In this document: positions 43,797 to 55,316 of the stretch, piece after piece
How positions within the stretch are numbered: the stretch's first letter is position 1
Layout: every line of letters starts with the position of its first letter
DNA from: Bifidobacterium sp.
GTDB lineage: Bacteria > Actinomycetota > Actinomycetes > Actinomycetales > Bifidobacteriaceae
Reading direction: 5' to 3'
DNA: 64,000 bases
Assembly (NCBI RefSeq): GCF_051876855.1
Contig: NZ_JBJEIH010000024.1
Coordinates: 11,924 to 75,923 of the forward strand
Translations under genes and position numbers: made by a program
The notes under the pieces: generated by a model
The model's input: only the letters and a program-made list of their open reading frames with translations
The model's database searches: none
Told to the model about the DNA's origin: nothing

Positions 43797-46700
43797 ATGC
43801 GAAGCAACACGACGTTCGGCGGGCGCAGCGAAAGCGGGCAGCCCTGCGGTGATTTGGTGCAGGCGTTGCTCGCCGGCACGCTGACGAACAGCTCCGGGAA
43901 TCCTACCCGGACGTTGGTGGTCTTGGGAGCGCCTTGCAGCGGCAAAACGCAGTTCGCCTATCGCGCGCTGCTTGGGGGCATCCGCGCGTTTGGGGACACA
44001 CGCGCGGTGATGACCGTATCGGGACGCGTTGCGGCGGATGCATTGGGTAACGAGGCCATTCGTGCGCTCGGGGCGGTTTCTCAGGCCCGTCCGGTGACAA
44101 CCATGTCGGCACTCGCGTTCAGGGTGATTACGGCAGTGCGGTCGGCCGAGGGCAAGGCGTTGCCGCGTCTGCTCAACGGCGCCGAACAAGATGCGCTGCT
44201 GCGTTTGGTGGTTGCCGAGCATATTCAGCATGCCCGTAGTGGAGACGAATGCCCCACATGCGCGCTGTTGCGCGAGTATTTCGCTCAAGATTCCTGGGCA
44301 GATATGGTCTGCGATCCTGTATCGCAGCAAGGTGTGCGTGCGGGTGCCAACCCAAGCGGGGTTTCCGGGCGTGGTGCGGCATCGGAATCCACATCGCTGG
44401 CGATGTTCACCAAAGGTATCAGCGACGCGTTCATCATCCAGTTGCGCGATATCATCTCCCGCATCAATGAGCTAGGACTGCGTGAGTCAGACGAGCAGCC
44501 GCTGATTGGGCGCTTGCACACGATTGCCGGAGCGACGGGGACTTCCGGCGCGGGTATGGGACCGCAGGCGAAACGGCTTGATGTCCAGTGGCGTTTAGCC
44601 TTCGCATTGCGGCAGGAATATGCGGCGGCGATTGAGCACAATTATCCGGGGCAATACCGGCTTGACCCGTCCATGCTGCTTGTTGAAGGGGCGCTCGCGG
44701 TGCCCTCGTTGAGTGGAGAGGATCTTCCCGAACTCATTGTGGTCGACGACGCGCAGGATTTGACGCTCGCAGGTCTCGCTTTCCTCAAGCAAGCGACCGG
44801 TGCCGGTGCACGGTTGCTCATTGTGGACGATCCGGACGAATCAGTGCAGGCGTTCCGCGGGTCGCATCCAGAATATGCGTTGGGGCGTCTGTTGGCGGCG
44901 CAGGGCGTATTCCATGCCGCGGTAGGTGCGCTGGACAAGCCTGAGCAGGGTGGGTACCGCAATCTGGTCGCCTCGCGGGTGAGCCTTGACATCGCCTCTG
45001 AAGAACAACTCGATATGCCGATTCCGGAACGTCCGTGGAAGAATGCGGTCGTGCCCGGAAGCTATCCGATTGCATCTATCAACACTGAAACGTCGGACGG
45101 AAGCATCACTGACCATACCCAGGACGGCAGCGTGGGCACCCGGCTGTATGCTTCGGCGAATGAAGAGCTCGAAGCTGTGGTCGCCGCCATCAAGGCAGAG
45201 CATCTCGATCATGGGCGTGCGTGGAATGATATGGCGGTTATTGCGCATGACAACGCGACTGTGCGGGCGTTCGGTGAGAGGCTGCGTCGTGACGGTGTGC
45301 CGGTGCGGTACTCGTCGGTGACCACGCCGTTGAAGGACGAACCGTTCGTCCAAGGACTCTTCGCGTTGATTGAACTCGCCCAAGTGCGTCTGCGTGGCAC
45401 ATCCGCCGTCAATGATGCGCGATTCGTTGGAGCTTCTGATGCGGATGCAGCCGGGCGGGACAATATTTCGAGGCTGGCTGCGTTCATCCGTTCCCGTGTG
45501 CGCATGGTCATGGGTTCGCCGTTGATTACCGCTCGGCGGAAGAGTGGTAAGTCCCCGGCGCGTATCGAACCCGTGGAGTTGGCCATGCAGTCTCTGGTCT
45601 CGCTGTCCACAGTCATACGGCAGCAGACCGCCGGAAAGACAGACCAAACTTCTGATACCGGTAATGCTATGGGTACCGGTCACGTTGAGGGTGTTGAAAA
45701 TGCCGGTGGGGCTGGTGCAGATTCGGCCGCACAACCTCGGAATGAAGCCCCGTTGCGGTTCTTGGAACAGCAGTGGGGTACGCTGCGAGACGCGCTGACC
45801 CAGGCTAGTGAACAAGGCGGTCAGGCATCTCCAGAAGCAACGTCAGACGAGGCGACCGAGCCGCCAGCGTTGACGCTGGACGCGATGTACTTGCTGCTCA
45901 CTTGCCCGCAGGCAGCCCACGATGCAACGCATGATGAGGGGGAGGAGACCGAAGACGCGTCTGTGCGAGTGTTGGGCGCTTTGAGCTCCATTTCCCGTCA
46001 TGACGCGGATATTCGCGCATTCGGCAACCTGTGGCGGATTGTGGGCGAGATTGCCTCCGGTATCACCAAGCTTGACGACACCAAGCCGGTGTATGTGTTG
46101 AGCCTGGCTTGGGAGCGTTGCCATGTCGCCACCGCATGGCAGACGGCGGCGCTGGTCAATTCGCAGGAGGGGCGTGCCGCCAACGACCGGCTCGACGTGG
46201 CGATGCGTCTGTTCGACTACGCTTCCGGCGCAGGCGCAGGAGGCGATATCACCGCCTTCTTCCGCAAGGTGCGCTCGATGCGTATCGAAGCGGATTCGTT
46301 GGCCAAAGTCGCGCCGATCGACCAAGCGGTCACGTTGACGACACCGGCGGGTTCGGGCGGCAGACACTGGCCGCTTGTATGGATTGTCGCCATGCAGCAG
46401 GATGTATGGCCGAATCTCATGCCGCGCAACACAATGTTCGGCGGCGAAGACCTGGACGACCTCGTATTGCATGGCACGCTGCCATCATTGAACCACGGGG
46501 CGCATCGGGACGAACGTCTCACCACAGTGCTCCACAATGAGCAGAAAGGCCTGCTGGTAGCCTTGACACGTGCCTGCGAGCACGTGACGCTCACTGCGGT
46601 GCGCTCGGACGATCTCATTCCGTCGGACTTCCTGTTGCGGTATCTTCCTGAACGCTTCGACGGTTCAGATGTCGGCGGGTCTGCTACAGGCGAGACCGCT

Positions 46701-48323
46701 GGCGGTGATGTTGCAGACGGTGATGTTGCAGGCGGCCAAGGTGCAGGCATGGCCACCGGAGGTGAAACCGCTGTCGCACAGAGTGGAACGGATATGCCGG
46801 TTCTGGATGCGCAGCTCGACGCCATGTGCACCGACGTGCGTGGTCTGGTGGCGGCGGCTCGTATCACGCTCGCCCGCAACACCGGCGATACTGAGACTGA
46901 ACGGCACGCCCGTGAGGACGCGTACAAGACCCTGACCATGCTTAAGGACCACGGAGTGCTGTCGGCAGATCCACGCAACTGGTCCTTCCTCACTGCGGTG
47001 CCGAAGGTGCCGGAGGGCAACGGGGAGCATACCGAGCCCGAGACGGATACCCAGATATCGGTACGGCAGCAAGGGGAGCAGACTGGTCAAGGGGAACAAC
47101 ACAACCCCAACGAAGTTAAACTGTCCCCGTCGTCCGTTGACGGTCTGTGGGCGTGCCCGGTGTGCTGGATGATGGACAACCAGTTCGCTGGACCGCGCCC
47201 CGGTGGAGTGCAGGCGAGCATTGGTACCATCGTCCACCAGATTGCCCAGGAAGCCAGCCAGGACTGGCATCTTGACGCGCCTGACAACCAGCAGGGGGAA
47301 ACAGAGGATCAACGAATTGCCGTCATCAGTGATCAGATGATGGCGCGCTATCAGGAATTGCGCGTCGATCCCGCTACGGTCAGCGACCCCGCCGATCGCT
47401 ACACCCTGCTATACAAAGACGCTCAAGTGAGCACCATGCTGGACAATATCGCCTCATACTTCGTGAAGTCCAATGACCCGGAGTATGGGATACTCAGTGG
47501 CGGCAAAGACACGGAACCAATCGAGGTCGGCAAACTCGAGTCAGCTGAATGCGAGAAGGAATTCAACGCCAAGTTCACTTTGAACGACATCGCTGAGGCA
47601 TACAACAGAGTTAAGAATGTTACCGTACCGGCGACTGCTGCCGAAATCGGCGCAATAATGGGTGCATTAGTCGGCGGATGGCCAGAAGGGATGAGTGAGG
47701 ATCTGACGATTCGCTTGTCAGGACGCATCGACCGCGAGGAACACCGGAGTGTCAACGGCAATCAAGTCATCAGGCTCATCGACTATAAAACTGGCAACAA
47801 ACCAGACGTCAAAGGGATTTTCAACGATTTGCAGCTGGTGTGCTACCAGCTGGGGCTGGCCTACCCATCCGAAGGAGCCAGACTCGGCGAAACGAGCCAA
47901 CCGTTGGTTGCCCAAAGCGAATTGTTCCATGTCAGTGCAAACGCGACTCCCGCGGAAAGCTACGCTCCGGAAACCTTGTACCAGCCCCCGCTCTTTGTCG
48001 ATGGACATCTCAACGACCATGAGTTCTCCAATCGGTACCACTACCGTGATCCTGAAAAGCTCTACGATTATCCCCACAACGGCGAACGGCCTGCGAAAGT
48101 GCGAGAAGAGTTGTGGGAAAACTTTACCGCAATCTCTGCCGGCACCCAGATTGCTTGGGCGTTGGCGATGATTGCCCGGGTGTTCTACGCGGGTGCCGCC
48201 ATACGGTCCGAACGGATTGCCGCGCATCCGCAGAAGGCGCATCTGGAATATTGCGACGGGAATGGCATTTGCCCGGCGTGCGCAGGGGAAATCAACACGG
48301 TGTTCGAAACGAGGAAAGTATGA
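43797..48323 (+). CDS. AdnA-like subunit: degenerate UvrD helicase plus PD-(D/E)XK nuclease
   Basis: GAPCSGKT, VVDDAQDL, LSPSSVD..WACP, GRIDR..IDYKTG..QLVCY, C-terminal Cys cluster; AGGAGG RBS. Confidence 0.88.
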   Translation: MRSNTTFGGRSESGQPCGDLVQALLAGTLTNSSGNPTRTLVVLGAPCSGKTQFAYRALLGGIRAFGDTRAVMTVSGRVAADALGNEAIRALGAVSQARPVTTMSALAFRVITAVRSAEGKALPRLLNGAEQDALLRLVVAEHIQHARSGDECPTCALLREYFAQDSWADMVCDPVSQQGVRAGANPSGVSGRGAASESTSLAMFTKGISDAFIIQLRDIISRINELGLRESDEQPLIGRLHTIAGATGTSGAGMGPQAKRLDVQWRLAFALRQEYAAAIEHNYPGQYRLDPSMLLVEGALAVPSLSGEDLPELIVVDDAQDLTLAGLAFLKQATGAGARLLIVDDPDESVQAFRGSHPEYALGRLLAAQGVFHAAVGALDKPEQGGYRNLVASRVSLDIASEEQLDMPIPERPWKNAVVPGSYPIASINTETSDGSITDHTQDGSVGTRLYASANEELEAVVAAIKAEHLDHGRAWNDMAVIAHDNATVRAFGERLRRDGVPVRYSSVTTPLKDEPFVQGLFALIELAQVRLRGTSAVNDARFVGASDADAAGRDNISRLAAFIRSRVRMVMGSPLITARRKSGKSPARIEPVELAMQSLVSLSTVIRQQTAGKTDQTSDTGNAMGTGHVEGVENAGGAGADSAAQPRNEAPLRFLEQQWGTLRDALTQASEQGGQASPEATSDEATEPPALTLDAMYLLLTCPQAAHDATHDEGEETEDASVRVLGALSSISRHDADIRAFGNLWRIVGEIASGITKLDDTKPVYVLSLAWERCHVATAWQTAALVNSQEGRAANDRLDVAMRLFDYASGAGAGGDITAFFRKVRSMRIEADSLAKVAPIDQAVTLTTPAGSGGRHWPLVWIVAMQQDVWPNLMPRNTMFGGEDLDDLVLHGTLPSLNHGAHRDERLTTVLHNEQKGLLVALTRACEHVTLTAVRSDDLIPSDFLLRYLPERFDGSDVGGSATGETAGGDVADGDVAGGQGAGMATGGETAVAQSGTDMPVLDAQLDAMCTDVRGLVAAARITLARNTGDTETERHAREDAYKTLTMLKDHGVLSADPRNWSFLTAVPKVPEGNGEHTEPETDTQISVRQQGEQTGQGEQHNPNEVKLSPSSVDGLWACPVCWMMDNQFAGPRPGGVQASIGTIVHQIAQEASQDWHLDAPDNQQGETEDQRIAVISDQMMARYQELRVDPATVSDPADRYTLLYKDAQVSTMLDNIASYFVKSNDPEYGILSGGKDTEPIEVGKLESAECEKEFNAKFTLNDIAEAYNRVKNVTVPATAAEIGAIMGALVGGWPEGMSEDLTIRLSGRIDREEHRSVNGNQVIRLIDYKTGNKPDVKGIFNDLQLVCYQLGLAYPSEGARLGETSQPLVAQSELFHVSANATPAESYAPETLYQPPLFVDGHLNDHEFSNRYHYRDPEKLYDYPHNGERPAKVREELWENFTAISAGTQIAWALAMIARVFYAGAAIRSERIAAHPQKAHLEYCDGNGICPACAGEINTVFETRKV

Positions 48324-51300
48324 ACGGAATGAAAGCTAAGGGGAACACATTCCAGCCGAGCGACGAGCAGCGGCAAGTCGCCTATGCGCCCGAAAACGAT
48401 GACGTACTGGTCGTAGCTGGCGCGGGAAGCGGCAAAACCACGACGATGACCGCGCGTGTGAACCACCTCATTGCTTGCGGAGTTCCGCCGGAGCGCATCC
48501 TCGGCCTGACCTTCACCAAAAAGGCGGCTGCCGAACTGTCCGAAAAGGTCTCAGGTGGGCTCCAGACCAGCACGAATATGTTGCTCAAGCCCACGGTTAT
48601 GACCTATGACGCGTTCTTCCAGTCAATCGTCAGACAATACGGGCTTCTAGTCGGATTCGACCAGGATACACAGCCGTTGAGCGATGCAGGAGCCATCCAA
48701 CTCGCCTCCAACGTCATCGAAGCGCATTTGGACGAACTGTTCGCCGCTTCCGGGCAAGACGGCGACGACGGACAAGACGACGGATCCGACACCGACGAAC
48801 CGGATGGCACACAGCAAGGCAAGTTCCGCACGCTTGTCGGAAAACTACTCAACCTGTCGCACGCCATCGGTGGAGCCATGATCGGTGGTGACTGCGATTC
48901 GGTCGCCGAAGCGGTGCGCCGCATCCGACATTGGGACGACGCATTCATCGAGCGGGTGCAGCACATCGTCGATGCCGATATCAAAGAGCGGAACGCCGTG
49001 ATTCCGTCCCGGGACCCGCTGGGTGAAGATGAGAAAAAGCGACGCAAAAGAGCAAAGAAAGACACCGATGAAGAGTATGCCGAGAAAGTGAGGAAACAGG
49101 AAGAAGAATGGCGTCAGCGACGTGCCGATGCCGCGCTGTTCCACTGCGCGAAGATGCTCGGCGCAACCAAGCAGCGCAATGTCCTGCTCAATCTGGTCGA
49201 AGCCTACGAGCAGGCGAAGCGTGAAGCCGGCATGGCTGAATTCAGTGATTTCACTATCGCCGCATACCAACTGGTCAGGCGTTTCCCGTCCATCGGGCAG
49301 CAATACCGCCACAGGTACACCCATGTCCTGCTTGACGAATACCAAGATACGTCCACCACGCAGTCAGAACTGATCGCCGCGCTGTTCCACCCTGACGCAG
49401 GCGGTTCAATCGCTGATGCCGGCAGATCCGCGGTAACTGCGGTGGGCGATCCATACCAGTCCATCTATGCTTGGCGTGGCGCAAGCCCGGGCGCGCTGCG
49501 AATCTTTCAGCGTGCGTTCGATTTGGAACAGCCCGGATTCAAGCCATACCCGATGACCATCAGCCGCAGGAACCCGCGCATGGTATTGCAGATGGCGAAC
49601 AATCTCACCTTGGGGCTGCGTCGAGCGCACCGCAGGCGGAGCAGCTCGCGGATGTCCGAAGTCGATGTGCTCCCGCTGAACAACAATCCCGACAACACCG
49701 AACGTGGCACGGTCGGCGTCCAGGAGTATGCGACACTCGGGCAGGAAATCGACGCCGTCGTGCGATTCGCCGAATTCGCCATCGCGCGCCATACGAATGC
49801 CGATCCGGCGGCGGATGCCAAAGAGCGGCCGCATGTTGCCGTGCTGTTCCGCAGCAAACGGCAGATGGCGTACTACGAGCAGGCGTTGCGCGCCAAAGGT
49901 TTGAGCGTACAGACCGTTGGATACTCCGCCCTGCTTGAGCGTGCGGACGTACGCGATGTCCTCGCCTTGCTGCGTGTCGCCGCGGATCCCACCGACTCGC
50001 AATCGCTGATGCGTCTGCTGGCGACCCCTCGATTCCACATGGAAGCCAGGCAACTGACCGCGCTTGCCCGGTGCGCTGATCAGCGAGACACTGAGCGGCG
50101 GTATCAGGCGCTTGTCCAAGCCGGTTACGCCACAGGCGAGGAAACGGCCCGGCAGCGGGCCGAAGTCGTGCGGGAACATCGAGGGCAACTGCCGCATATG
50201 GTCTACCTGTCCGATGTGGTCGCCGACACCCATGAACCCGCCGATCTTGCCGGTTGCAAGCTGGACGAGACCGCGGTGGATGCCGTCGTGCGTGCCGGCG
50301 GCATCCTGCGCGAGGTGCGACAGGCCATGGGCTTGCCGTTGGAGCATGTGGTTCGCACCGCAATCCGCGCTTTGGATTTGGACGTCGATACCGTGCTCGC
50401 CCAGGCATTCGCCGATTCACAGCATTCGGTCAATCCGGCTCTTGCACATGCGCCGGTCGAATCTATTATCGAACTGGTCGGCACCTACACCCAAGAAATC
50501 GTGCAAGCCGGTCAGGCGACGCTGCGAGGCTTCATCAGCTGGGTCGATTCGCTGAAAACCGTGGACGACCCGACCGCTGCCGTGCATACGGAGCCGGTCG
50601 ACGTCGTGCTCATGACAATCCATCAGGCCAAAGGCTTGCAATGGGATGCCGTCGCCGTCGTTGACGTCAACGACAAGACCTTCCCCAGCAACCAAGGCGA
50701 CTCCCTCAGTGTCAAACCCGCCGACGACGCCAAGACCGTCAGTTCGACGAACGCCGCAGGAGAGTGGGAGCCGCCGGAATACACGGAAAAAGCCAACACA
50801 TGGCTGACCTGTGCCGATATGGTGCCCGCACCGGTTCGCGCCGATGCAGATATTCTGCCGCGCTTCCCTCATGACGCCGTCCAGGGCGCTGATCCGACCG
50901 AAGCTTTCGGCGAATTCGAAGATACGCTCACCCTGGCGGACGAGGAATACGGAACAGGCCGCAATTTGCCGATCGACGGCATGGACTCCATCGATAAGAA
51001 CAAGCTGTTCCTCACCCAGCGCGAAGAATACGGCCGACGCCTGCATGAAGATGAACGGCGATTGGCGTATGTCGCCGTCACCCGTGCCAAGCACGAGGTC
51101 TTCGTCACCGCAACGCAGTCAAGCAGCATCAACATGTGGTCCGAAGACGGAAAAAGCAACACCCGGTCCGTCTTCTGGCAGGAAATGTACGATTCCATGA
51201 GGCATTACGCGAAGGCGGAGGGGCTGGAACCGGCGGCGCTGCCCTCATGGGCGGATCGGCGCGAACTCGAATCCGACCAGAACGTAGACCCGAAGGACGG

Positions 51301-52762
51301 ACATCCGCATACGCTCGCATCCGTCGGCCAGTCGCTACCGGATGGTTTCTTCGTCGGCGATGGCGCGCAGGACTTCGAGGACGCGGTCGTGGGACAGGCG
51401 TGGACGACTCCTGTGGAGCTAATCCACGAAAAAACGAGCTTGGCGTGGCCGGCGAACTTGAGCGATAAAATCCGCAGAAAGCTCGACGAATCCGCGCAAG
51501 AGACACTCGACTGGATGACATCGGCAGAATCCGTGAAGTCTGTGGCGTCTGTGGAATCTGTGGAACCGTCGGAATCCGCGGTATCCGAAGAATCCGGGGA
51601 ATCGCGGGTATCTACGGCATTGTCGGACTCCACGGAATCGCCGGAATCCAAGCCGAGTGACGCCTCCCAAGGGCACGGGCGAACCGAGCCATGGGATATC
51701 AGCGAAATCGACGTGCTGTCGCGCAGGACGCGCGCCCTGCTGAACGATATGGATTTGCAGCCGCAGGAATACCAGCTCTCCACCGTCCCCGACGATCTTG
51801 ACGACCAAGTGAAGCAGGCCGCCGTGCGTCTGATGGCGAACAGCCGCCGTTCGGTCACTTCCCTGCAGACGCAGGCGGGCCAGACCGACAACCGCAAGTT
51901 GCAACAGTATTGGCGCGGTATGATCCGGCCAATTCCGCGTATCGCCTCGCCGAGCGCCGAAGCGGGAACCCTGTTCCATGCTTGGGCCGAGCAGTTCGTG
52001 AACGCCTACGATGACAGCGGAATCATCGAAGACACCGATGCTTCCGGCATCGACGGCCAGGCGCCCGACACTGCCGTTCCGGCATCCGCCGCGACCACGC
52101 GTGAGGCGATGATCAGCGACCTCAATACTCGCGCTCAGCTGCTGTCCGCTGCAAAGGCTGAAAATCCTGAAGGCTCTGTAGGCGTCGCTGAAGGCTCTGT
52201 GGACGCTATTCGAAGCGGTGCCGCCGCTGCAAGCGCTTCCATTGCCGGTTCTTCCCCTGCCGACACAAACGCGAAAGCAGACGCCAGTGCAGCAGCTGGT
52301 ACCAGCGCGAAAGGTACCGCGCTCGAACGGAAGCTCGTCACCTGGGAACGCCGATTGGTCGCGTCCCGGTGGGCGAAACGTCGCCCCCAAGCCGCTGAGC
52401 GCCAAATCGTCATTTCGCTGCCGCAACTGGATGACATCATCGTCCATGGCAAGCTTGACGCGGTCTTCTACGGTGGCCTCGATCCGCAGGACGATACCAA
52501 GCGGTTCACGGTCGTCGACTGGAAAACCGGAAGGAAACCGCGCAAACCGAGCGACATCGACGAGAAACTCGCCCAGCTGGACATGTATCGGCTGCTGCTT
52601 TCGCGGGTCGAGAACATCCCGTTGGGCTCCATCGACGCCACCCTGTACTATCTGAGTGAGCCCCAAGAGGCTGACCGCGAGCTACATGCGCGCGGGAAAA
52701 CAGAACAGGATATCCTTGCCGAGTTGAGCTCCGGAATCCCCGAAGAATCTGACAACGACTGA
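48320..52762 (+). CDS. AdnB-like subunit: UvrD/REP helicase plus RecB-family nuclease
   Basis: AGAGSGKT, LDEYQDT, VGDPYQSIYAWRGA, MTIHQAKGLQW, YVAVTRAK, GKLDAV..VDWKTG..QLDMY; ATGA overlap with the upstream gene. Confidence 0.92.
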   Translation: MNGMKAKGNTFQPSDEQRQVAYAPENDDVLVVAGAGSGKTTTMTARVNHLIACGVPPERILGLTFTKKAAAELSEKVSGGLQTSTNMLLKPTVMTYDAFFQSIVRQYGLLVGFDQDTQPLSDAGAIQLASNVIEAHLDELFAASGQDGDDGQDDGSDTDEPDGTQQGKFRTLVGKLLNLSHAIGGAMIGGDCDSVAEAVRRIRHWDDAFIERVQHIVDADIKERNAVIPSRDPLGEDEKKRRKRAKKDTDEEYAEKVRKQEEEWRQRRADAALFHCAKMLGATKQRNVLLNLVEAYEQAKREAGMAEFSDFTIAAYQLVRRFPSIGQQYRHRYTHVLLDEYQDTSTTQSELIAALFHPDAGGSIADAGRSAVTAVGDPYQSIYAWRGASPGALRIFQRAFDLEQPGFKPYPMTISRRNPRMVLQMANNLTLGLRRAHRRRSSSRMSEVDVLPLNNNPDNTERGTVGVQEYATLGQEIDAVVRFAEFAIARHTNADPAADAKERPHVAVLFRSKRQMAYYEQALRAKGLSVQTVGYSALLERADVRDVLALLRVAADPTDSQSLMRLLATPRFHMEARQLTALARCADQRDTERRYQALVQAGYATGEETARQRAEVVREHRGQLPHMVYLSDVVADTHEPADLAGCKLDETAVDAVVRAGGILREVRQAMGLPLEHVVRTAIRALDLDVDTVLAQAFADSQHSVNPALAHAPVESIIELVGTYTQEIVQAGQATLRGFISWVDSLKTVDDPTAAVHTEPVDVVLMTIHQAKGLQWDAVAVVDVNDKTFPSNQGDSLSVKPADDAKTVSSTNAAGEWEPPEYTEKANTWLTCADMVPAPVRADADILPRFPHDAVQGADPTEAFGEFEDTLTLADEEYGTGRNLPIDGMDSIDKNKLFLTQREEYGRRLHEDERRLAYVAVTRAKHEVFVTATQSSSINMWSEDGKSNTRSVFWQEMYDSMRHYAKAEGLEPAALPSWADRRELESDQNVDPKDGHPHTLASVGQSLPDGFFVGDGAQDFEDAVVGQAWTTPVELIHEKTSLAWPANLSDKIRRKLDESAQETLDWMTSAESVKSVASVESVEPSESAVSEESGESRVSTALSDSTESPESKPSDASQGHGRTEPWDISEIDVLSRRTRALLNDMDLQPQEYQLSTVPDDLDDQVKQAAVRLMANSRRSVTSLQTQAGQTDNRKLQQYWRGMIRPIPRIASPSAEAGTLFHAWAEQFVNAYDDSGIIEDTDASGIDGQAPDTAVPASAATTREAMISDLNTRAQLLSAAKAENPEGSVGVAEGSVDAIRSGAAAASASIAGSSPADTNAKADASAAAGTSAKGTALERKLVTWERRLVASRWAKRRPQAAERQIVISLPQLDDIIVHGKLDAVFYGGLDPQDDTKRFTVVDWKTGRKPRKPSDIDEKLAQLDMYRLLLSRVENIPLGSIDATLYYLSEPQEADRELHARGKTEQDILAELSSGIPEESDND

Positions 52763-52893
52763 CCTGCGCGTGGGCGCGGGCGGCGGTCCACGGACTGGAA
52801 AACGCGTCCGTGGACGGTCATGTCAGCGGGGCCGCGACCCTCGAGCAGCATGTGTGGGCGGGCACACGTGCCGGATGCTGAGTTGAAACGAAA

Positions 52894-53829
52894 GTGAGGA
52901 ACATCATGGGCGCGATCCGCGACCATATCCACAACGCCAAGGCATCATCTCGTAACCATACCGATGATGCGCGCATCGAGAACCGCAACCGCTCATCTAT
53001 TCAGCGCTCGCCGCAGGCCGTCGTCCCGTTGCAGACGACCCGAAGCCATGCCAAACCTGCCGTATCTGCCGTGCTCATGCCCGAGACGTCATCGGATGCC
53101 GCCGCCACAGGTGGCAACGCTGTTACCTACCGGCCGCTGACGGCAACGGACCTTCCCGCGATCATCGACGAATACGACCAGACATGGGGATTCCGTCCGC
53201 TGTCGAAGCGCCGCCCGTTGTCGCAGATGGTCTCAAAACGATTCGTCATGCATTACCTCGAAGGCACCACCCGAGCGGAAGTCGCCGAGCTTGACGGCAA
53301 GGTCCTCGGCCTGACTTTCGCACAAGTGGACGGTGAACGCCCGCTGTATCCGCATGCGCAGGAAACACTCGCTGGCATCGACGACCGGCTGCGCGCCGAC
53401 GACACCGGTTCCGTCGCCCTGCGCGAGACCCTGTACTGGCATCGCGCGGAAAACCGTCTCGAGCGCATCAGCCAAATCGGCAAAGTCACCCAGGCGGAGC
53501 TGCGGCTGTTCCTCGTCTCGCCCAAAGCCCGCGGCCATGGCGTGGGCGGAGGTCTGTGGCGGCGCCTGATGGCCTACTTCCAGGCGTGTGGCGTCAAACG
53601 CTACTTCCTGCACACGGACAATAGCTGCGATGTCAGCTTCTATGACCATCAAGGCTTGGTATGCAACGCGAAACGCATTGCCGCCGACCATCCGGAAGAC
53701 CATGTCGAGAAGATGTACGGGCGGATGAACGACCTGTATATCTATTCCGGCGAACCGTCCCGAACCGTACGGCATCGTCGGCGCGGCGGCAATTCCGACG
53801 CGGGGCAGCAACCGAAACGGGGTGAGTGA
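52894..53829 (+). CDS. GNAT-family acetyltransferase
   Basis: LFLVSPKARGHGVG (motif A), LHTD, FYDHQG; start uncertain. Confidence 0.85.
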   Translation: MRNIMGAIRDHIHNAKASSRNHTDDARIENRNRSSIQRSPQAVVPLQTTRSHAKPAVSAVLMPETSSDAAATGGNAVTYRPLTATDLPAIIDEYDQTWGFRPLSKRRPLSQMVSKRFVMHYLEGTTRAEVAELDGKVLGLTFAQVDGERPLYPHAQETLAGIDDRLRADDTGSVALRETLYWHRAENRLERISQIGKVTQAELRLFLVSPKARGHGVGGGLWRRLMAYFQACGVKRYFLHTDNSCDVSFYDHQGLVCNAKRIAADHPEDHVEKMYGRMNDLYIYSGEPSRTVRHRRRGGNSDAGQQPKRGE

Positions 53830-55215
53830 TTGGCTACGACGCCATCAAGCGCCGCAACGGTCGATCAGCAAGCCGGTTCGCCGTATCTGCGGCTGTTCCG
53901 TTTGCCGGGCGCGAAAGCCTTCTGTATCTCCGGCGCCATCGCGCGTCTGCCGATATCCATGATGAGTCTGGGCATCGTGCTCGCGCTCAACCACCTGTAC
54001 GACAACTGGACCATCGCCGGAACCATGAGCGCGGTGTATATCCTCGCAGTCTCGGCGGTCACACCGTTCTACGCGCGCTTGTTCGACCGGCTCGGTCAGC
54101 GGCGTGTCGGATTCCCGGTACTCGCCTTGCAAGTGGCGAGCATGTTCGTCTTCGCGTTCGCCGCAATGGCCCGCGTGCCGATTGCCGTACTGTTCGTCCT
54201 TGCCGTACTCATGGGACTTTGCCAGTTCTCCATCGGCGCGCTCGTGCGCACACGTTGGGCATACGCGTTGCGCGGCAATCCGGACGCGTCGTTGCTGAAC
54301 ACCGCGTACGCCTTGGAAGCCGCAGTCGACGAAATCGTGTTCATTCTCGGGCCGATTCTCGCTGCTTTCCTCGCAACCTCCGTCAGCCCGGTCTCCCAGC
54401 TGTTCGTGCCGACTTTCGCGGCCGGAATCGGGGGAGCGGTGTTCTTCTCGTTGCGCAACACCGCGCCGCCCGTTATCGAAGTGGTGGAGGTCAAACCCGC
54501 ACCTTCCGACGACGCCGACGTGCTGCATGCCGTCAGTCGTGGTCCTGAAACCGGCTCCGGCACGGCCGTCACGCTTGATAGCGGCGGTCTGCGCACCCCG
54601 CGCCGCCGCAATCGCAGCGTGCTCACCTATCCGGGTATCGGGCCGTTGCTCGCCGTGTTCGTCGTGTTCAACATCAGCTTCAACGCCTTCGACGTGTCGA
54701 TGACCGCCGACTACAAGGCGCTCGGCATCGAGAAATTCCTCGGATTGCAGCTCGCCATGTTCGCCCTCGGTTCGTGCATTGGCGCGATCATCTTCGGCAC
54801 GCGCAAACTCAAAGGTTCAAACTGGTCGCATATGGTGGGCTTCCTGTGCCTGCTGACCTGCGGATACGTGATGTTCCGTCTGAGCATGGATCATCTGATT
54901 GTGCTCGGTGTGCTCGAAGTCCTTGCCGGACTGTGCGTGTCGCCGTTGTTCGCGACCGGCAACCTCATCGTCAAGGACATCGTGCCGGAAGGCTCACTGA
55001 CCGAAGGCCTGTCGTGGGTGACCACCGCCGGAACCGTCGGCACGTCGCTCGGCTCGACCATCGCCGGCGTGGTCGTCGATCATGCCGGTCCGCATGCTGG
55101 GCTCATGATCCCGTGGATCGCCACCGCGTGCGCCATACCGATCGCACTGCTCGGATGGAGGCTGTCGCGGCGGGGTAGAGGCAAAGCCGGTAAAGCCGTC
55201 GAAGCGTCTCTTTAG
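53830..55215 (+). CDS. MFS transporter
   Basis: About 12 hydrophobic segments, ARLFDRLGQRRV motif A; TTG abuts the GNAT stop. Confidence 0.9.
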   Translation: MATTPSSAATVDQQAGSPYLRLFRLPGAKAFCISGAIARLPISMMSLGIVLALNHLYDNWTIAGTMSAVYILAVSAVTPFYARLFDRLGQRRVGFPVLALQVASMFVFAFAAMARVPIAVLFVLAVLMGLCQFSIGALVRTRWAYALRGNPDASLLNTAYALEAAVDEIVFILGPILAAFLATSVSPVSQLFVPTFAAGIGGAVFFSLRNTAPPVIEVVEVKPAPSDDADVLHAVSRGPETGSGTAVTLDSGGLRTPRRRNRSVLTYPGIGPLLAVFVVFNISFNAFDVSMTADYKALGIEKFLGLQLAMFALGSCIGAIIFGTRKLKGSNWSHMVGFLCLLTCGYVMFRLSMDHLIVLGVLEVLAGLCVSPLFATGNLIVKDIVPEGSLTEGLSWVTTAGTVGTSLGSTIAGVVVDHAGPHAGLMIPWIATACAIPIALLGWRLSRRGRGKAGKAVEASL

Positions 55216-55316
55216 ATTCATAAGAGTAAGTATTCGTAAGGGTGTATTGATGATATCCGGGCGGTCCGATGCGATTCATGGCATACGGGCCGTCCGGAAT
55301 CAGGCAAGGAGCGAAC

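Noticed and set aside
43797-52762. Helicase-nuclease pair as a novel defence system
   Set aside because: Architecture matches housekeeping AdnAB DNA-repair enzymes; only low-complexity insertions are unusual
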